Source: an archaeon
GTDB taxonomy: Archaea > Nanobdellota > Nanobdellia > Pacearchaeales > GW2011-AR1
DNA length: 57,010 nt
Assembly: GCA_043797265.1 (NCBI GenBank)
Contig: JAZDPV010000002.1
Location: forward strand, 1 to 57,010
Direction of reading: 5' to 3'
Shown here one piece after another: positions 1-10,578 of this stretch. Positions within the stretch are counted from its first letter, which is position 1; the number at the start of each line of letters is the position of its first letter. The position numbers and the translations under genes are program-made. The notes below the pieces were generated by a model. That model made no database searches, was not told where the DNA came from, and saw only the letters and a list, made by a program, of their open reading frames with translations.

Positions 1-36
1 ATTCTTAATATCTACAACTAAATTAAAGAGGAAACA

Positions 37-465
37 ATGTATAACAATAAAGGATTATCTGCAATCGTTGCAACTGTCCTAATAATTCTATTGGTTATCG
101 CGGGTGTAACTTTAGTTTGGACTCCAGTTAGAAAATTAATATCAAACGCAGCTGAAGAATCAGAAGCAAACTGCCTATTAGCTAACCCACAAATTACAAA
201 GGCCTGCATGAATGGAGCTAACTTGGAAATAACAATCTCAAATGGCGCAGAAGGAATTATCGACGGCATCCAAGTTATCTATGGTAACACAGCGGATAAT
301 TTAAATAATACTAATTCCACCACCACCACTATTGGAATAAACGAAGTTAAAAAAATAACAATAGTCGCGGCCGGAACTCCAACAGCAACAAAAATTGCAG
401 CAATAATCAGCGGAGAAACCTGTGCAGCTGGCAGTATATCAACAGTAGCCACTACTTGCGCTTAA
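37..465 (+). CDS. Archaeal type IV pilin / archaellin-N-terminal domain protein
   Basis: Class III signal peptide MYNNKG|LSAIVATVLIILLVIAGV, then a small Thr-rich domain. Confidence 0.85.
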   Translation: MYNNKGLSAIVATVLIILLVIAGVTLVWTPVRKLISNAAEESEANCLLANPQITKACMNGANLEITISNGAEGIIDGIQVIYGNTADNLNNTNSTTTTIGINEVKKITIVAAGTPTATKIAAIISGETCAAGSISTVATTCA

Positions 466-558
466 ATTAAATTTTTATTTTTATTCTCTTTCTAAATTTT
501 TTAAATAGTCAGGGCTTTAATCAGAAACATATTTAAATCAAAATTCTCATTCCATTCC

Positions 559-957
559 ATGAAAATCGGAAGAAAAACAAGCGGGGGGAAATATAAAAGA
601 CCAAAAAAAAGAAAACTAACCGGCCGGCAAAACCAAGCAAGAATTGTAAAAATCGGCGACAGAAAAACAAAACTGCTAAAAACACGAGGTGGCTCAAAAA
701 AATTAACATCCTTCTTCAACAACATCGCAAACATAATAACAAAAAAAACACCGAACACCAAAACATCAACCAAACAACAAAGAACAAAAAAAGTAACAAT
801 AAAAAACGTAATAGAAACCCCATCAAACACTTTCCTCGCAAGACAAAACATACTAGTCAAAGGCGCAATCATAGAAACCGAACTCGGCAAAGCAAGAATC
901 ACAAACCGCCCCTCTCAAGAAGGAAACGTCCAGGCCGAACTCTTAACCCAAGATTAA
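559..957 (+). CDS. rps8e: 30S ribosomal protein S8e
   Basis: GRKTSGGKY N-terminus; KGAIIETELGKARITNRPSQEGNVQA C-terminus. Confidence 0.95.
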   Translation: MKIGRKTSGGKYKRPKKRKLTGRQNQARIVKIGDRKTKLLKTRGGSKKLTSFFNNIANIITKKTPNTKTSTKQQRTKKVTIKNVIETPSNTFLARQNILVKGAIIETELGKARITNRPSQEGNVQAELLTQD

Positions 958-1041
958 ATAATAATTCTCAAATTTAATAATTAATTTATCGTCGACAAAA
1001 ACCAAAAACCTTTTAAACCCAATCTTTTTATAAACCTTGCT

Positions 1042-1974
1042 ATGGCTAACCCCAAAAAATGCCCTGAGTGCAATAGTTCTAAATTAATATACGATGAAAC
1101 AAGAGGTGAAGTAATCTGCGGAGCATGCGGCTTGCTCGTCGAAGAAAATATGGTGGACACTTCCCACGAACTCCGCTCATTCGACAAATCAGAAAAAAAA
1201 TCCCGAGGTGGCGCGCCAATCTCTCTGCAAAAATTTGACAAAGGCCTCACCACAAACGTCGGCGAAATCTCAGACATCTACAAACTCGATTCAACCCAGC
1301 AAACTCGAAAATACCTGAGATTAAAAAAATGGCAGGAAAGAGTTTCAACATCAATCGAAAGAAACCTTCGGCTCGCAATGTCAGAACTCCGAAGAGTTGC
1401 ATCTTTCTTGGATTTGCCGTCGGTAGTTCGAGACGAATCCGCAAGAATTTACAACTTCGTTCTGCAAAGAGGATTAGTAAGAGGAAGAAGTATGGAATCT
1501 GTAATCGCATCCTGCATCTACGCCGCCTGCCGCTCCTACAACATCCCGCGAACCCTCGACGAAATTTCAAACGCATCCGAAGTCGAGCGAAAAGAAATCG
1601 GCCGAACATACAGATTCATCATTAGAAAAATCGGGCTAAAAGTAACCCCCTCCTCTCCAAAAGATTACATCTCAAGATTTTCTTCGACGCTCCATCTCTC
1701 GCCGCAGTCCCAAAACGAAGCCCTCAGAATTTTGAAAAAAGCCGAAATCTCCGAACTCACATCCGGACGAGGTCCAGCCGGAATCGCAGCCGCCGCACTC
1801 TACGTCGCCGCCCTAATCAACGACGAGAAAAAAACCCAAAGAGAAGTCGCCGACGTCGCGGGAATCACCGAAGTAACAATCCGAAACCGATACAAAGAAT
1901 TATTAGACCGTCTCAACCTCGAAGACAAACTCAAAATAAAAGAAAACGAAAAAAAGAAATCGATAGCCGCCTAA
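1042..1974 (+). CDS. tfb: Transcription initiation factor IIB
   Basis: N-terminal Zn ribbon CPEC...CGACG, ERNL motif, cyclin repeats (GRSMESV, GRGPAGIAAAALY, TEVTIRNRYKEL). Confidence 0.97.
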   Translation: MANPKKCPECNSSKLIYDETRGEVICGACGLLVEENMVDTSHELRSFDKSEKKSRGGAPISLQKFDKGLTTNVGEISDIYKLDSTQQTRKYLRLKKWQERVSTSIERNLRLAMSELRRVASFLDLPSVVRDESARIYNFVLQRGLVRGRSMESVIASCIYAACRSYNIPRTLDEISNASEVERKEIGRTYRFIIRKIGLKVTPSSPKDYISRFSSTLHLSPQSQNEALRILKKAEISELTSGRGPAGIAAAALYVAALINDEKKTQREVADVAGITEVTIRNRYKELLDRLNLEDKLKIKENEKKKSIAA

Positions 1975-1980
1975 TCTAAA

Positions 1981-2063
1981 TGAGGGAAGGAGGACTCGAA
2001 CCCCCGCAGGCATAAGCCACCTGGTCCTAAGCCAGGCCCGTTTGACCACTCCGGCATTCCCTC
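1981..2063 (-). tRNA. tRNA-Leu (anticodon TAG)
   Basis: Acceptor GAGGGAA/TTCCCTC-A, anticodon arm CCTGG-CTTAGGA-CCAGG, long variable arm, GGTTCGAGTC T arm; CCA not encoded. Confidence 0.93.
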
Positions 2064-2166
2064 ATTATATCTCGGTCAAACCGTTTGACTGAGCGATTCG
2101 CTTTTGCGAATTTATATTCTCTATCTTGAGCAAATGCAAATCGCGAACAGCGTAGGCATTCCCTCA
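2053..2166. repeat. tRNA-end duplication (GGCATTCCCTCA at 2053-2064 and 2155-2166) enclosing a hairpin cassette
   Basis: 12-bp direct repeat; internal segment 2091-2149 is similar to 17793-17849. Confidence 0.85.
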
Positions 2167-2203
2167 CAACCCTACAAACAAAATTAATATAAAAAACTAT
2201 GGT

Positions 2204-5200
2204 TTAAACCTTATTAGAAGAAACAACTCTTTCAAAAATAATCTCACCATCTGAACTCCTTGAAACCAAATAAATCTGTTCTTCTCCGTTCGCCATCAAA
2301 ATCATCATTTGCGTTTCCTCGCTATACTCCTTAACAGAATTAAAGCTTCCGTCCTTACTTAATTTCAAAAACCGCCCACCAGCTCTCACATCGCCATAAC
2401 CACCCTCAACCAAATCATCCCAACTAACTCTCTCCTCTGCACTCTCAACAACTTTCAATCTACACTCCCCTACATCACAATAAGCATTCTCGCCACCGCA
2501 ATCCTCATTAACCCTGCACATCACACACTCACCATTAACACAAAACCCAGCACCACAATCTTCATCAACTCTGCACTCAACATCAACATCACTCGCAACC
2601 GGCTCCGGCTTCATAACAGAACTCTTTCTCTTCTCGCCAACAATCATCCGATAAACACTCGCCTCCAACGCCAACGCCTCCGCCCTGTCCGCATTCGTCC
2701 CAGCCAAACCCTTCTCGTCAACGCCAGTAATACTCGCAAGTTCATTAAAAATATCATCAATCCCCGAACCAACATCAACCACCCCATACCCCGCCAACTC
2801 ACTCGCGCTCAAACCCTTAATCCTCTCGCTCACCGACGCCAAAACTTTCCTGACTTCCTCCAAACTCAACTTCTCGTTCTCAATCAATCCCTTGTTCTTG
2901 TCCAAGACCGCAATCGAACTTCCTTCGACCGTCGCAACTCTTTCCAAATTATTTTTCACACTATCCGAATCCAGCCAGCACCTCATCTTGCTATCCCCGC
3001 AATAACCAACATCCTGCCATCTCGTATCACTAACCCCGCTCCCCGGACTCTGTGTCGCGCAAACCCGAACAATCCCGCTCATCGCAATCTCGGGATTAGC
3101 AACATCCTCCGCCCCCGCCTGCAAATTCAAATTAACCATCGACAAAGCCGACGGACTCCCCGAAATGCACTCGCTCTCCGTCGTGATACTGCTCTTCTCC
3201 GCCTGCTCCTGCACATACTTGTCCTTCACAAAATCCAAACCGAAATCCGTCGTCACCGACTTAAACCCGCACTCTTCCCTCGCATCAATCACAACACACA
3301 ACTCCTTGTAGCCAGCCGGCGCCGTAAAATCAACCGTCTCATCTGCCGACGAACCCTTCGCAATATAACCCGAATCAACCCACACGCTCGGAGTCGAAGC
3401 ATAATAACTCGTCATCGGCGGATTCTTCAGATAAACCCGATACTGAACCCCTTTGTCATTCCCCGCATAAATATGATAATAAACCTTATACTGCGAAGTC
3501 GCTGGCACAGTCGCCTCGCTAAACAAGTTCTCCGAAAACTGCGCATAAAACTGCGTCGGACTTTCCGGCTCCAATAAACTATCCAGCAAATCCGCCGACG
3601 CCGGCACGCTCGTCCCGATAAACGCCCGACAAACCTCACTCCCGACCTCCTCGGTATTCTTCAACTGGAACGCCCTGAAAGCATTCTGCGCATAAACATC
3701 CCTGAAATAACTAATACTCTGTTGCATCGTATTCCACGACTGCTGAACCAACGCATACTCCCCGCCGCCGCGAACTCTCTGCCCCGGCGCAATAATCCCG
3801 GCGACAAAACTCGGCAGCAACTGGTCCAGCACCGGCGACAACTGCCTCCAGAAAAACTCGCACTTGTAAATCGCGGTAATCTCGTCGCAAATCCCGACAA
3901 ACTCCCCGTTCTCCAAATTCTTCTCAAGACAATCTCTCTCTGACTTCAAAATAGAAAGATAAGAATCCAGCCCCGCGTGAATCCCGCTCAGACAAATCGG
4001 AATATAAATTCCCTCAGCCGCATTCGGCAAACACAAAACCAAACTCCCGATAACCCCCGTCTGAATAACATCGCTCACCGGCATCTTCCCGCCAAAATCA
4101 CATCTCGACGGCGGACAAATCACCGGGTCACAAACATTAAACATCAACTTGCATTCGTCCGCGCTCATAAAATCCTGGCACTCAAACCCTCCAACCTGAC
4201 TCATCGGCTTACCTAAATCCATAGTTATATCACTATTCATACAAGCCCTAATTCTAACAACACTCTTACCATTCTGCTCAGACGCTTGTTGAATAGCCTG
4301 CCTCGCACAACTATACAACTTCTTAACATCAACACCCGAACACCCACCAAAACTATCAACACTCCCGACGCTATTTGCATCAAACGACTGGCACAAATCA
4401 TCACCCTGCCCGCTCTGCATCAACCTATCCGAACCAATATTGCAAATCTTAAAATACCTAACATCCCCCGACGCCGTATAACCTTGAGGCGAATCATCCA
4501 AAAAAGTCCCGCCCGAATTCGGAACCATCGCATACCATCCATTCTTCAAATCAAACGGCACAATCGCCGGCAACCCTTTATTCTTCCCGCTCTCATAATA
4601 ACTAACACTCGCCTTCCCCTGCGCCCATGGATTAGAGCAACTCCCAATCTGCACCATTTGAACACTCACTCCACTCACCCTCGGAAGAACCCCTTTATCA
4701 TCTCCAACACTCAACTGTTCAGTAATCCCATTAACTTTGTAAACTCCCAACTGCGCCCCCTTGCTATCAAATACATAAAGATAATTATCAGAATTCACAT
4801 GAACAATCTGTGCACCGACATTATCACTATCTTTAACGCCACCTAAATCTAAATTTTTGCCAACAATCGAAGACAACTTGCCCTTACTAATCCTCATCCC
4901 TCTGTCAGGAAACGCTTTCATCCCCTCAGACAAAACACTAACGGGAAACGACTCGCCCTGAAACACAAACTGCTTCTCTAAATCAAACTGTTCCTTCTTC
5001 CCCTCGACAAACATCGCCGTGTTCCTCAAACTCTGCTCCATCTCTGCCTTCGCCGCCTCGCCCGCAACTCCCTGCCCCTTCATCTCCTCATACAACATCA
5101 CCGCCCTCAACTCCGACACGCTATCAATCTCGCTCACCGACACATTCACAATCTTGCCCCCGCCGACGTCAACCGGAATAATCTTAGAACCAATCTGCCC

Positions 5201-7384
5201 CCTCAAACTCTCAACGTATTTCGTCTGATTAACAACATGCTCCCCGCCAAACAACCCGCCCGACGACTCGACATTCCCCGCCTGCGCCGCGTCCATCTTC
5301 CCATTAACGCTACTCAACGCCGTCGTCATCGCCGTAACATCTTTCTCAATATCATCCTTATAAAAATCATTATAACACTGCGTCCTCGAAATCTCACCAT
5401 GATTCGTATCGCACATCGCCTTGTATTTAGTCATAACTTTTTGCCTCGCAACCGACTCCCCGCTAAATCCAGTTACCGCATTCTTCAGCATCAAAACCGT
5501 CGACGTCGCAAAACACGCGCCCTTCATCCCGCTAATCACATTCCCCAACTTCGAAACAATCCCCTCCCATTTCTCAATCGTCGCATTCAAATTCTTCAGC
5601 ATCTCCTTCGTCTTCGCCGGCGACAACTCAATCCCTCTCTTCTCAATTCCAATCCTAAAACTAAAATCCGCCTCCGTCTTCGTATGCTTCACCTCCGGAA
5701 TCAAATCCACATACGCAACCTCGCTCACCTCAATATTCCTGACATAAACATCAACCCCATAAAAACTATACTGCTCATTATTATTAATCCAAACCACCTC
5801 TGACTTCTCCCCTTTCTTCGAACTCTTGAAACTAATCCTGACCTTTCCCGGAAGAATATCACTAATTGTCATATCCTTCCCATCTCCTATGTTAAAATTC
5901 TCGCCCTTGCTCAAACTCTTTACATCCTTCCCCGCAATTTTCAAATCAACTTTCCTCGCCCCCTCGTCAACTTTCTTGAAATCCACGACGCTAATCGAAT
6001 GAAATTTATTATTCACATAAACACTCACAAAAGAATTACTAAAATCCGTCCCATTAAGCATCTGTCTATTATACCTGACCTGCTCGACAATCTTCGACGA
6101 CGGATACTCCTCAATAAACTTATCCATCAACTCCGCCTGCGTCTTCAATTTCCCAATCTCCCCCGCCAAAACAATCTGCAAATACAACGCCTCCTCCCCA
6201 AACGCTTCCCCCGTTTCCTTCATCTCCGAACCATAAATCTCAACCAAATTATTAACGACCTCATTCGACTTATCAAAATACTTATCAACATCATTAGTCA
6301 AACTACCATCACTCAAAACACTTCCATTCCTCTCACTCAAACTCAACGGCTTCAAATTACTATTCCCCGAACACCTAATGCTAACATTCCCGACCCTATT
6401 CTTATCAACATTAATCTTACTAACCACGCACTTGTCATTCAAAAACTTAGAACCAGCCCTGACCCAAATCTGCTCGTCGTCGATATTCAACAAAGCCGAA
6501 TTCTCCGGCGCAACAATGCTATTCAACTTAATCTTCAACCCCGCTCGGCAATAATAACCCGGCAAATAAGTCAACCCGCTCGTCTCCCCGACTTTCAAAC
6601 TAAATGTTTGGACAACCCTGTCCTTGGAAATCAAAAGCTGAATCCTCGCCGTATCGCCATAAACACTCTCGACTCTCAAATAACCCCGCCCATTCCAAAA
6701 AGCATTTCTATTATAATCCGTCTCCCAATCCTCGTCACTCATCACCGGCAAATAATATTCCGACTGTCCCGTCCCATACGCCTCGTCCGCATCATACCGA
6801 ATCGTCGCCGTCAAATTCCCAGCAACCCACTCCGCCAAATCTCCTTCGACCCGATTCTGCTTCAAAATAATCACGACATACCCGATATTATTTATCAAAG
6901 GGTCTCCCAGCAAAGTATCATAAGATTTCACAGCCGCCCTCGCCGGATGAAACGCAATCCCCGAAACACCGTCGGGATAATTCCCCGTAAAAGAAATCGA
7001 CCTTATCGACGAAACCTTAATCAACGGGTTAACCTTTATTGCATACAACTCGCAAAAAACCGGCACGCTCTGGTCCGCCAGCAAATCACTCCTTACAACA
7101 CTCGGCGTGCACCCGCCCGGCGGAATCCCGATAATAAAATCACTCGTCGCATTGCACTGGTCATTCTTAATCCTGTTCAAAATCGGCCAATAAGTATCCA
7201 TCTGCCCCGCATACAAACGATTAAAATTCGGCTGATAATATTGCCAGCTCCCAATACCCCCGGAATAACTCGAACCAATAGTAGAACCACTAAAATCCAT
7301 CCCCGCACTCCCGCCAAACTGGTCAGCCGCCAACACCGTCGCTGCCATCAAAAACAAAACCCCAATCACAAAATATTTTTTCAC
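2204..7384 (-). CDS. Giant secreted Cys-rich hypothetical protein (~1726 aa)
   Basis: Long ORF; signal peptide KKYFVIGVLFLMAATVLA; probable GTG start overlapping the upstream stop (GTGA); two C-terminal Cys repeats (CRVxEDC...GEC). Confidence 0.9.
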   Translation of the reverse strand: MKKYFVIGVLFLMAATVLAADQFGGSAGMDFSGSTIGSSYSGGIGSWQYYQPNFNRLYAGQMDTYWPILNRIKNDQCNATSDFIIGIPPGGCTPSVVRSDLLADQSVPVFCELYAIKVNPLIKVSSIRSISFTGNYPDGVSGIAFHPARAAVKSYDTLLGDPLINNIGYVVIILKQNRVEGDLAEWVAGNLTATIRYDADEAYGTGQSEYYLPVMSDEDWETDYNRNAFWNGRGYLRVESVYGDTARIQLLISKDRVVQTFSLKVGETSGLTYLPGYYCRAGLKIKLNSIVAPENSALLNIDDEQIWVRAGSKFLNDKCVVSKINVDKNRVGNVSIRCSGNSNLKPLSLSERNGSVLSDGSLTNDVDKYFDKSNEVVNNLVEIYGSEMKETGEAFGEEALYLQIVLAGEIGKLKTQAELMDKFIEEYPSSKIVEQVRYNRQMLNGTDFSNSFVSVYVNNKFHSISVVDFKKVDEGARKVDLKIAGKDVKSLSKGENFNIGDGKDMTISDILPGKVRISFKSSKKGEKSEVVWINNNEQYSFYGVDVYVRNIEVSEVAYVDLIPEVKHTKTEADFSFRIGIEKRGIELSPAKTKEMLKNLNATIEKWEGIVSKLGNVISGMKGACFATSTVLMLKNAVTGFSGESVARQKVMTKYKAMCDTNHGEISRTQCYNDFYKDDIEKDVTAMTTALSSVNGKMDAAQAGNVESSGGLFGGEHVVNQTKYVESLRGQIGSKIIPVDVGGGKIVNVSVSEIDSVSELRAVMLYEEMKGQGVAGEAAKAEMEQSLRNTAMFVEGKKEQFDLEKQFVFQGESFPVSVLSEGMKAFPDRGMRISKGKLSSIVGKNLDLGGVKDSDNVGAQIVHVNSDNYLYVFDSKGAQLGVYKVNGITEQLSVGDDKGVLPRVSGVSVQMVQIGSCSNPWAQGKASVSYYESGKNKGLPAIVPFDLKNGWYAMVPNSGGTFLDDSPQGYTASGDVRYFKICNIGSDRLMQSGQGDDLCQSFDANSVGSVDSFGGCSGVDVKKLYSCARQAIQQASEQNGKSVVRIRACMNSDITMDLGKPMSQVGGFECQDFMSADECKLMFNVCDPVICPPSRCDFGGKMPVSDVIQTGVIGSLVLCLPNAAEGIYIPICLSGIHAGLDSYLSILKSERDCLEKNLENGEFVGICDEITAIYKCEFFWRQLSPVLDQLLPSFVAGIIAPGQRVRGGGEYALVQQSWNTMQQSISYFRDVYAQNAFRAFQLKNTEEVGSEVCRAFIGTSVPASADLLDSLLEPESPTQFYAQFSENLFSEATVPATSQYKVYYHIYAGNDKGVQYRVYLKNPPMTSYYASTPSVWVDSGYIAKGSSADETVDFTAPAGYKELCVVIDAREECGFKSVTTDFGLDFVKDKYVQEQAEKSSITTESECISGSPSALSMVNLNLQAGAEDVANPEIAMSGIVRVCATQSPGSGVSDTRWQDVGYCGDSKMRCWLDSDSVKNNLERVATVEGSSIAVLDKNKGLIENEKLSLEEVRKVLASVSERIKGLSASELAGYGVVDVGSGIDDIFNELASITGVDEKGLAGTNADRAEALALEASVYRMIVGEKRKSSVMKPEPVASDVDVECRVDEDCGAGFCVNGECVMCRVNEDCGGENAYCDVGECRLKVVESAEERVSWDDLVEGGYGDVRAGGRFLKLSKDGSFNSVKEYSEETQMMILMANGEEQIYLVSRSSDGEIIFERVVSSNKV

Positions 7385-7632
7385 CAAATTTCCAACCTCT
7401 CTTTAATTAAACCCATATCCTCTCTAATTTTTCTAAACCCATTCTCAGATTTCATCTCTAACTTAATCAACTTCTCATTCATGCCCCCCATCTTTACAAA
7501 CCCGACCACAATAAACGGAGCAACAACCTGCAAATCCGTAGGGCTATCACCAAAAATTCTCCACAACACCATTATAATTCCAACTATCAAAGAAACCCAA
7601 AATACCACATCCAAAACTTTTATTTTATTCAT
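7381..7632 (-). CDS. Small two-TM membrane protein with coiled-coil tail
   Basis: Two hydrophobic stretches; start and stop overlap both neighbouring genes. Confidence 0.75.
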   Translation of the reverse strand: MNKIKVLDVVFWVSLIVGIIMVLWRIFGDSPTDLQVVAPFIVVGFVKMGGMNEKLIKLEMKSENGFRKIREDMGLIKERLEIW

Positions 7633-9467
7633 TCAAACTCCAAATAAATCCTCTCGTCCTCTGCCCGAAGATAATTCGCCTGCAACCCATCCAAACTGCT
7701 CGGCAACCCGAACAAAGGCACCTTGATATTTAATTCAACCGCGCTCTCCAGCATCCCCGCAGTAATATATTCCATCATCTTCCCGCCGCCAACGACGGCA
7801 AAATCAACATCCATCTCCGGCACATTAATCTCATAACACTTCTCGCTCTGCGCCCCAAACAAACCAGCAAGCCCGCTCTCCGGCACATCAACACACTCAC
7901 TCCTGCTGCTCGCCGGAAACTTCAACGACGAATCATCATAAATAAAAACACTCACATTATAATAACCCTCGACCAACTCGACCGAATCCATCTCCGGGTA
8001 AAGCACCGTCGCCGAATAATCATCCGAAACAAAACTGACCAACGCTTTCTTAACATCGCCCAAATCCAAACCGACCTTATACTTCTTCGCCAAAACAATA
8101 TTCGCAATGTCCTCCTCGTTCGTCGAAATCTGATACTTCGCATCCGCATAACCATCCGCGCTCACTAAAATAAATCCATTAACACACTGCGGAAACTCGC
8201 CCCTCAAAATCGCCTCCCCGTTTTCATTCTTCGTCCCCCCAATCTCGCAAACATCATCCAGGCACCTGAACCGCACCCTCGCCTCGACCGGATTCAAATC
8301 AACATCATAACTATAAACATCAACATCCTGATTCCTAAACTCACAAACTCTCGATTCAATCGAAGCCCCAGTCGTCGTCGGCAACGCAGCCCTCGCCCGA
8401 TTCTTCGAAATCACAACCGCAACCGGGAACTGGAAAATTTCCTTCTCATCGTAAAACTGAACCAGCACCGGGAAATTAATATCATAAACAAAATGATAAG
8501 GCACATAACAAAAACCCATCATCCCCATCCCTTCCTGCAACCCAACCGGCTTCGCAACCATGTCCCCATAAATCTCAATCGACGTCGGCCAGCCCAGCGA
8601 ATAAACAAAATTAACATTCTCATCGATTCTTTCGCCAATATCCGTAACAAAATAACTCTCCTCCTCCGACGACAAATCATAATAACTCCCATCCAACTTC
8701 AGCATCGGGATATTCGCCCCAAGCCCACCAATAATATCTTTCTTAATATTCTCTTCGACAAAAATCTTCGGCGCGCAACCAATCTCCGTCCCCGTCACCG
8801 GCGCATACAGCCTCATCACATCCAGCGCATAATTCTCTAAAAACATCGAACTCTTCTCATAATCATAAACATCAATCGCCATCCCATAAAATTTCCCCAA
8901 CTTGCTTCCGACCGAAAACTTGTGCTCATCAACGACAACCGCACTCTCACCCTTGAAAATCGTAACCTTATTATTAACCTCCAAATCAACACTCAAACTA
9001 TTTATCCTCGATGAAACACTCCCCTCATCAACATAAACATCATAACCCGCCTTTTCAAAATCCGAAAAATCACAATCACCAACTCTCTCCGCAACATAAC
9101 TCGCCAACTCATTCTCCATTCCCGTCCTGCTCGGAACACTTTCCCTCAAAAAATTATTCCCCGAAACATACATCCAATACGGAACCGCCTGCCCCAAAAA
9201 ATTCAACTGCGACGAAAACGGCATATAAGCAGAACCCGACTCAAACTCAGGAATCTCAATCCGCCCCCCCTGCTCCCCCAAAAGATTAATTCCCTCGCGC
9301 GCACTCGCCTCCAAACACGAAATATAACAATCATAAACCGGCCTCAACTCCTCCGGCACACTCTCACCTAAATTATCCCTCAAAAGAAAATACATCGCAA
9401 CCCCGACGACAATCACAACTGCAACAATAATAAAAATCGTAACCTGTGCCCTTCTATCGCCTACCAT
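7629..9467 (-). CDS. Large class III signal-peptide (pilin-like) surface protein, 612 aa
   Basis: MVGDRRA|QVTIFIIVAVVIVVGV prepilin-type N-terminus; beta-rich Cys-containing body. Confidence 0.85.
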   Translation of the reverse strand: MVGDRRAQVTIFIIVAVVIVVGVAMYFLLRDNLGESVPEELRPVYDCYISCLEASAREGINLLGEQGGRIEIPEFESGSAYMPFSSQLNFLGQAVPYWMYVSGNNFLRESVPSRTGMENELASYVAERVGDCDFSDFEKAGYDVYVDEGSVSSRINSLSVDLEVNNKVTIFKGESAVVVDEHKFSVGSKLGKFYGMAIDVYDYEKSSMFLENYALDVMRLYAPVTGTEIGCAPKIFVEENIKKDIIGGLGANIPMLKLDGSYYDLSSEEESYFVTDIGERIDENVNFVYSLGWPTSIEIYGDMVAKPVGLQEGMGMMGFCYVPYHFVYDINFPVLVQFYDEKEIFQFPVAVVISKNRARAALPTTTGASIESRVCEFRNQDVDVYSYDVDLNPVEARVRFRCLDDVCEIGGTKNENGEAILRGEFPQCVNGFILVSADGYADAKYQISTNEEDIANIVLAKKYKVGLDLGDVKKALVSFVSDDYSATVLYPEMDSVELVEGYYNVSVFIYDDSSLKFPASSRSECVDVPESGLAGLFGAQSEKCYEINVPEMDVDFAVVGGGKMMEYITAGMLESAVELNIKVPLFGLPSSLDGLQANYLRAEDERIYLEFE

Positions 9468-9712
9468 TTATCCCCACCTCTCAAAACAAAATCCGTGTTA
9501 GTTAGCATGCCCCAACCCATTTGAACTATTAATTTGTGAGGGTACCGCGTTAGTCCGTGTGCTAATTTTTCCCCCATACAAAGTCGCCCCCATACACCTG
9601 CCCACGACGAAGTCGTAGCCCCAATCACGAAGCAATTATCCCCTCGACGCGAAGCGTCGTATCCCCATTTTTGCAAAGCAAAAATATCGCCAAACGAAAT
9701 CTCTGATTTCAT
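9461..9712 (-). other. Hairpin-array region that also reads as an 83-aa ORF (coding status doubtful)
   Basis: ORF overlaps both neighbours (ATGA at its start) but is built largely of palindromes and GxxExxY-type repeats. Confidence 0.35.
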
Positions 9713-9828
9713 TTTTTTACTTTCTCCTTAATTAATTCCATAATCTCGCTATTAATATCTTTCTCAATTTTCGCCTTAAACTTCTCCCACAACTCCTCAT
9801 CCTCGACCAACAACAAATACTTTTTCAT
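9709..9828 (-). CDS. 39-aa ribbon-helix-helix-like protein (not in ORF track)
   Basis: MKKYLLLVEDEELWEKFKAKIEKDINSEIMELIKEKVKK: strand plus two amphipathic helices; first gene of the 9828-2204 minus-strand run. Confidence 0.65.
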   Translation of the reverse strand: MKKYLLLVEDEELWEKFKAKIEKDINSEIMELIKEKVKK

Positions 9829-10025
9829 TTTTTATTCCCACAAAAATGAAACATGAAACATCTTCGATGTTACTTTTTCACCAAAACCCAAACAAACCCA
9901 AACTTATAAACTTTCCTAAATAAATTATTAACTAACTTACTTAGTAAGTTCATCCAACACTCTTAAATCCAATAACTTTTCAAACCCGCCCATAAAAACC
10001 CCAAAAATAAAAAGTGCCACCAAAA

Positions 10026-10487
10026 CTATTCCACAACTTTTCTTTTTAACCCCAAATACTCCATAACCCTCTCAGTATCTCTCATTAAAACTTTTGGTAC
10101 CATACAATGACTTTCTCTATATTCTCCATCCCAACCAACCGAAAAAGTTCTTTCCCTTAAATTTATTGTGCCTATCTTTTTTTGAACATACCCCCATTTC
10201 TTCCTATATCTCTCTGCCGGAGCATATTCAATATTTACATTTCCGGGTCCTTGCCTATTGTTGAATCTGGATAAGCCCACAATCCCGACAAGAGAATCCT
10301 TCCCGCCATAATTAACTTGCCCCCTCGGCCGCACCCTATAAAGCCATCGCACTACATTATTCAAAATATCTTCAAGATCATAAGAATCCTCAACATCTGC
10401 CATCATGCCCCCAAGTACTCTATTTAATCCATCTGTATCCACAAGTGCTCTATCCCCAACTTCTATATGCACAACCCTTTTCCCCAT
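10026..10487 (-). CDS. Hypothetical protein
   Basis: 153-aa ORF; TATA-like TTTAAATA about 25 nt upstream. Confidence 0.65.
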   Translation of the reverse strand: MGKRVVHIEVGDRALVDTDGLNRVLGGMMADVEDSYDLEDILNNVVRWLYRVRPRGQVNYGGKDSLVGIVGLSRFNNRQGPGNVNIEYAPAERYRKKWGYVQKKIGTINLRERTFSVGWDGEYRESHCMVPKVLMRDTERVMEYLGLKRKVVE

Positions 10488-10578
10488 ATACCCAAAATCA
10501 TTTACACTATATTTAAATATTATTGCAGTTGAATTAAGTAACCCATTCTATAACAAATAATCACTCAACTATCTAAAA

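Noticed and set aside
5999-7726. 575-aa plus-strand ORF and similar long shadows (e.g. 25808-26749, 27120-27980, 44654-45424)
   Set aside because: They are antisense to clear genes, low-complexity and I/N/R/P/Q-rich; strand skew depleting stop codons explains them.
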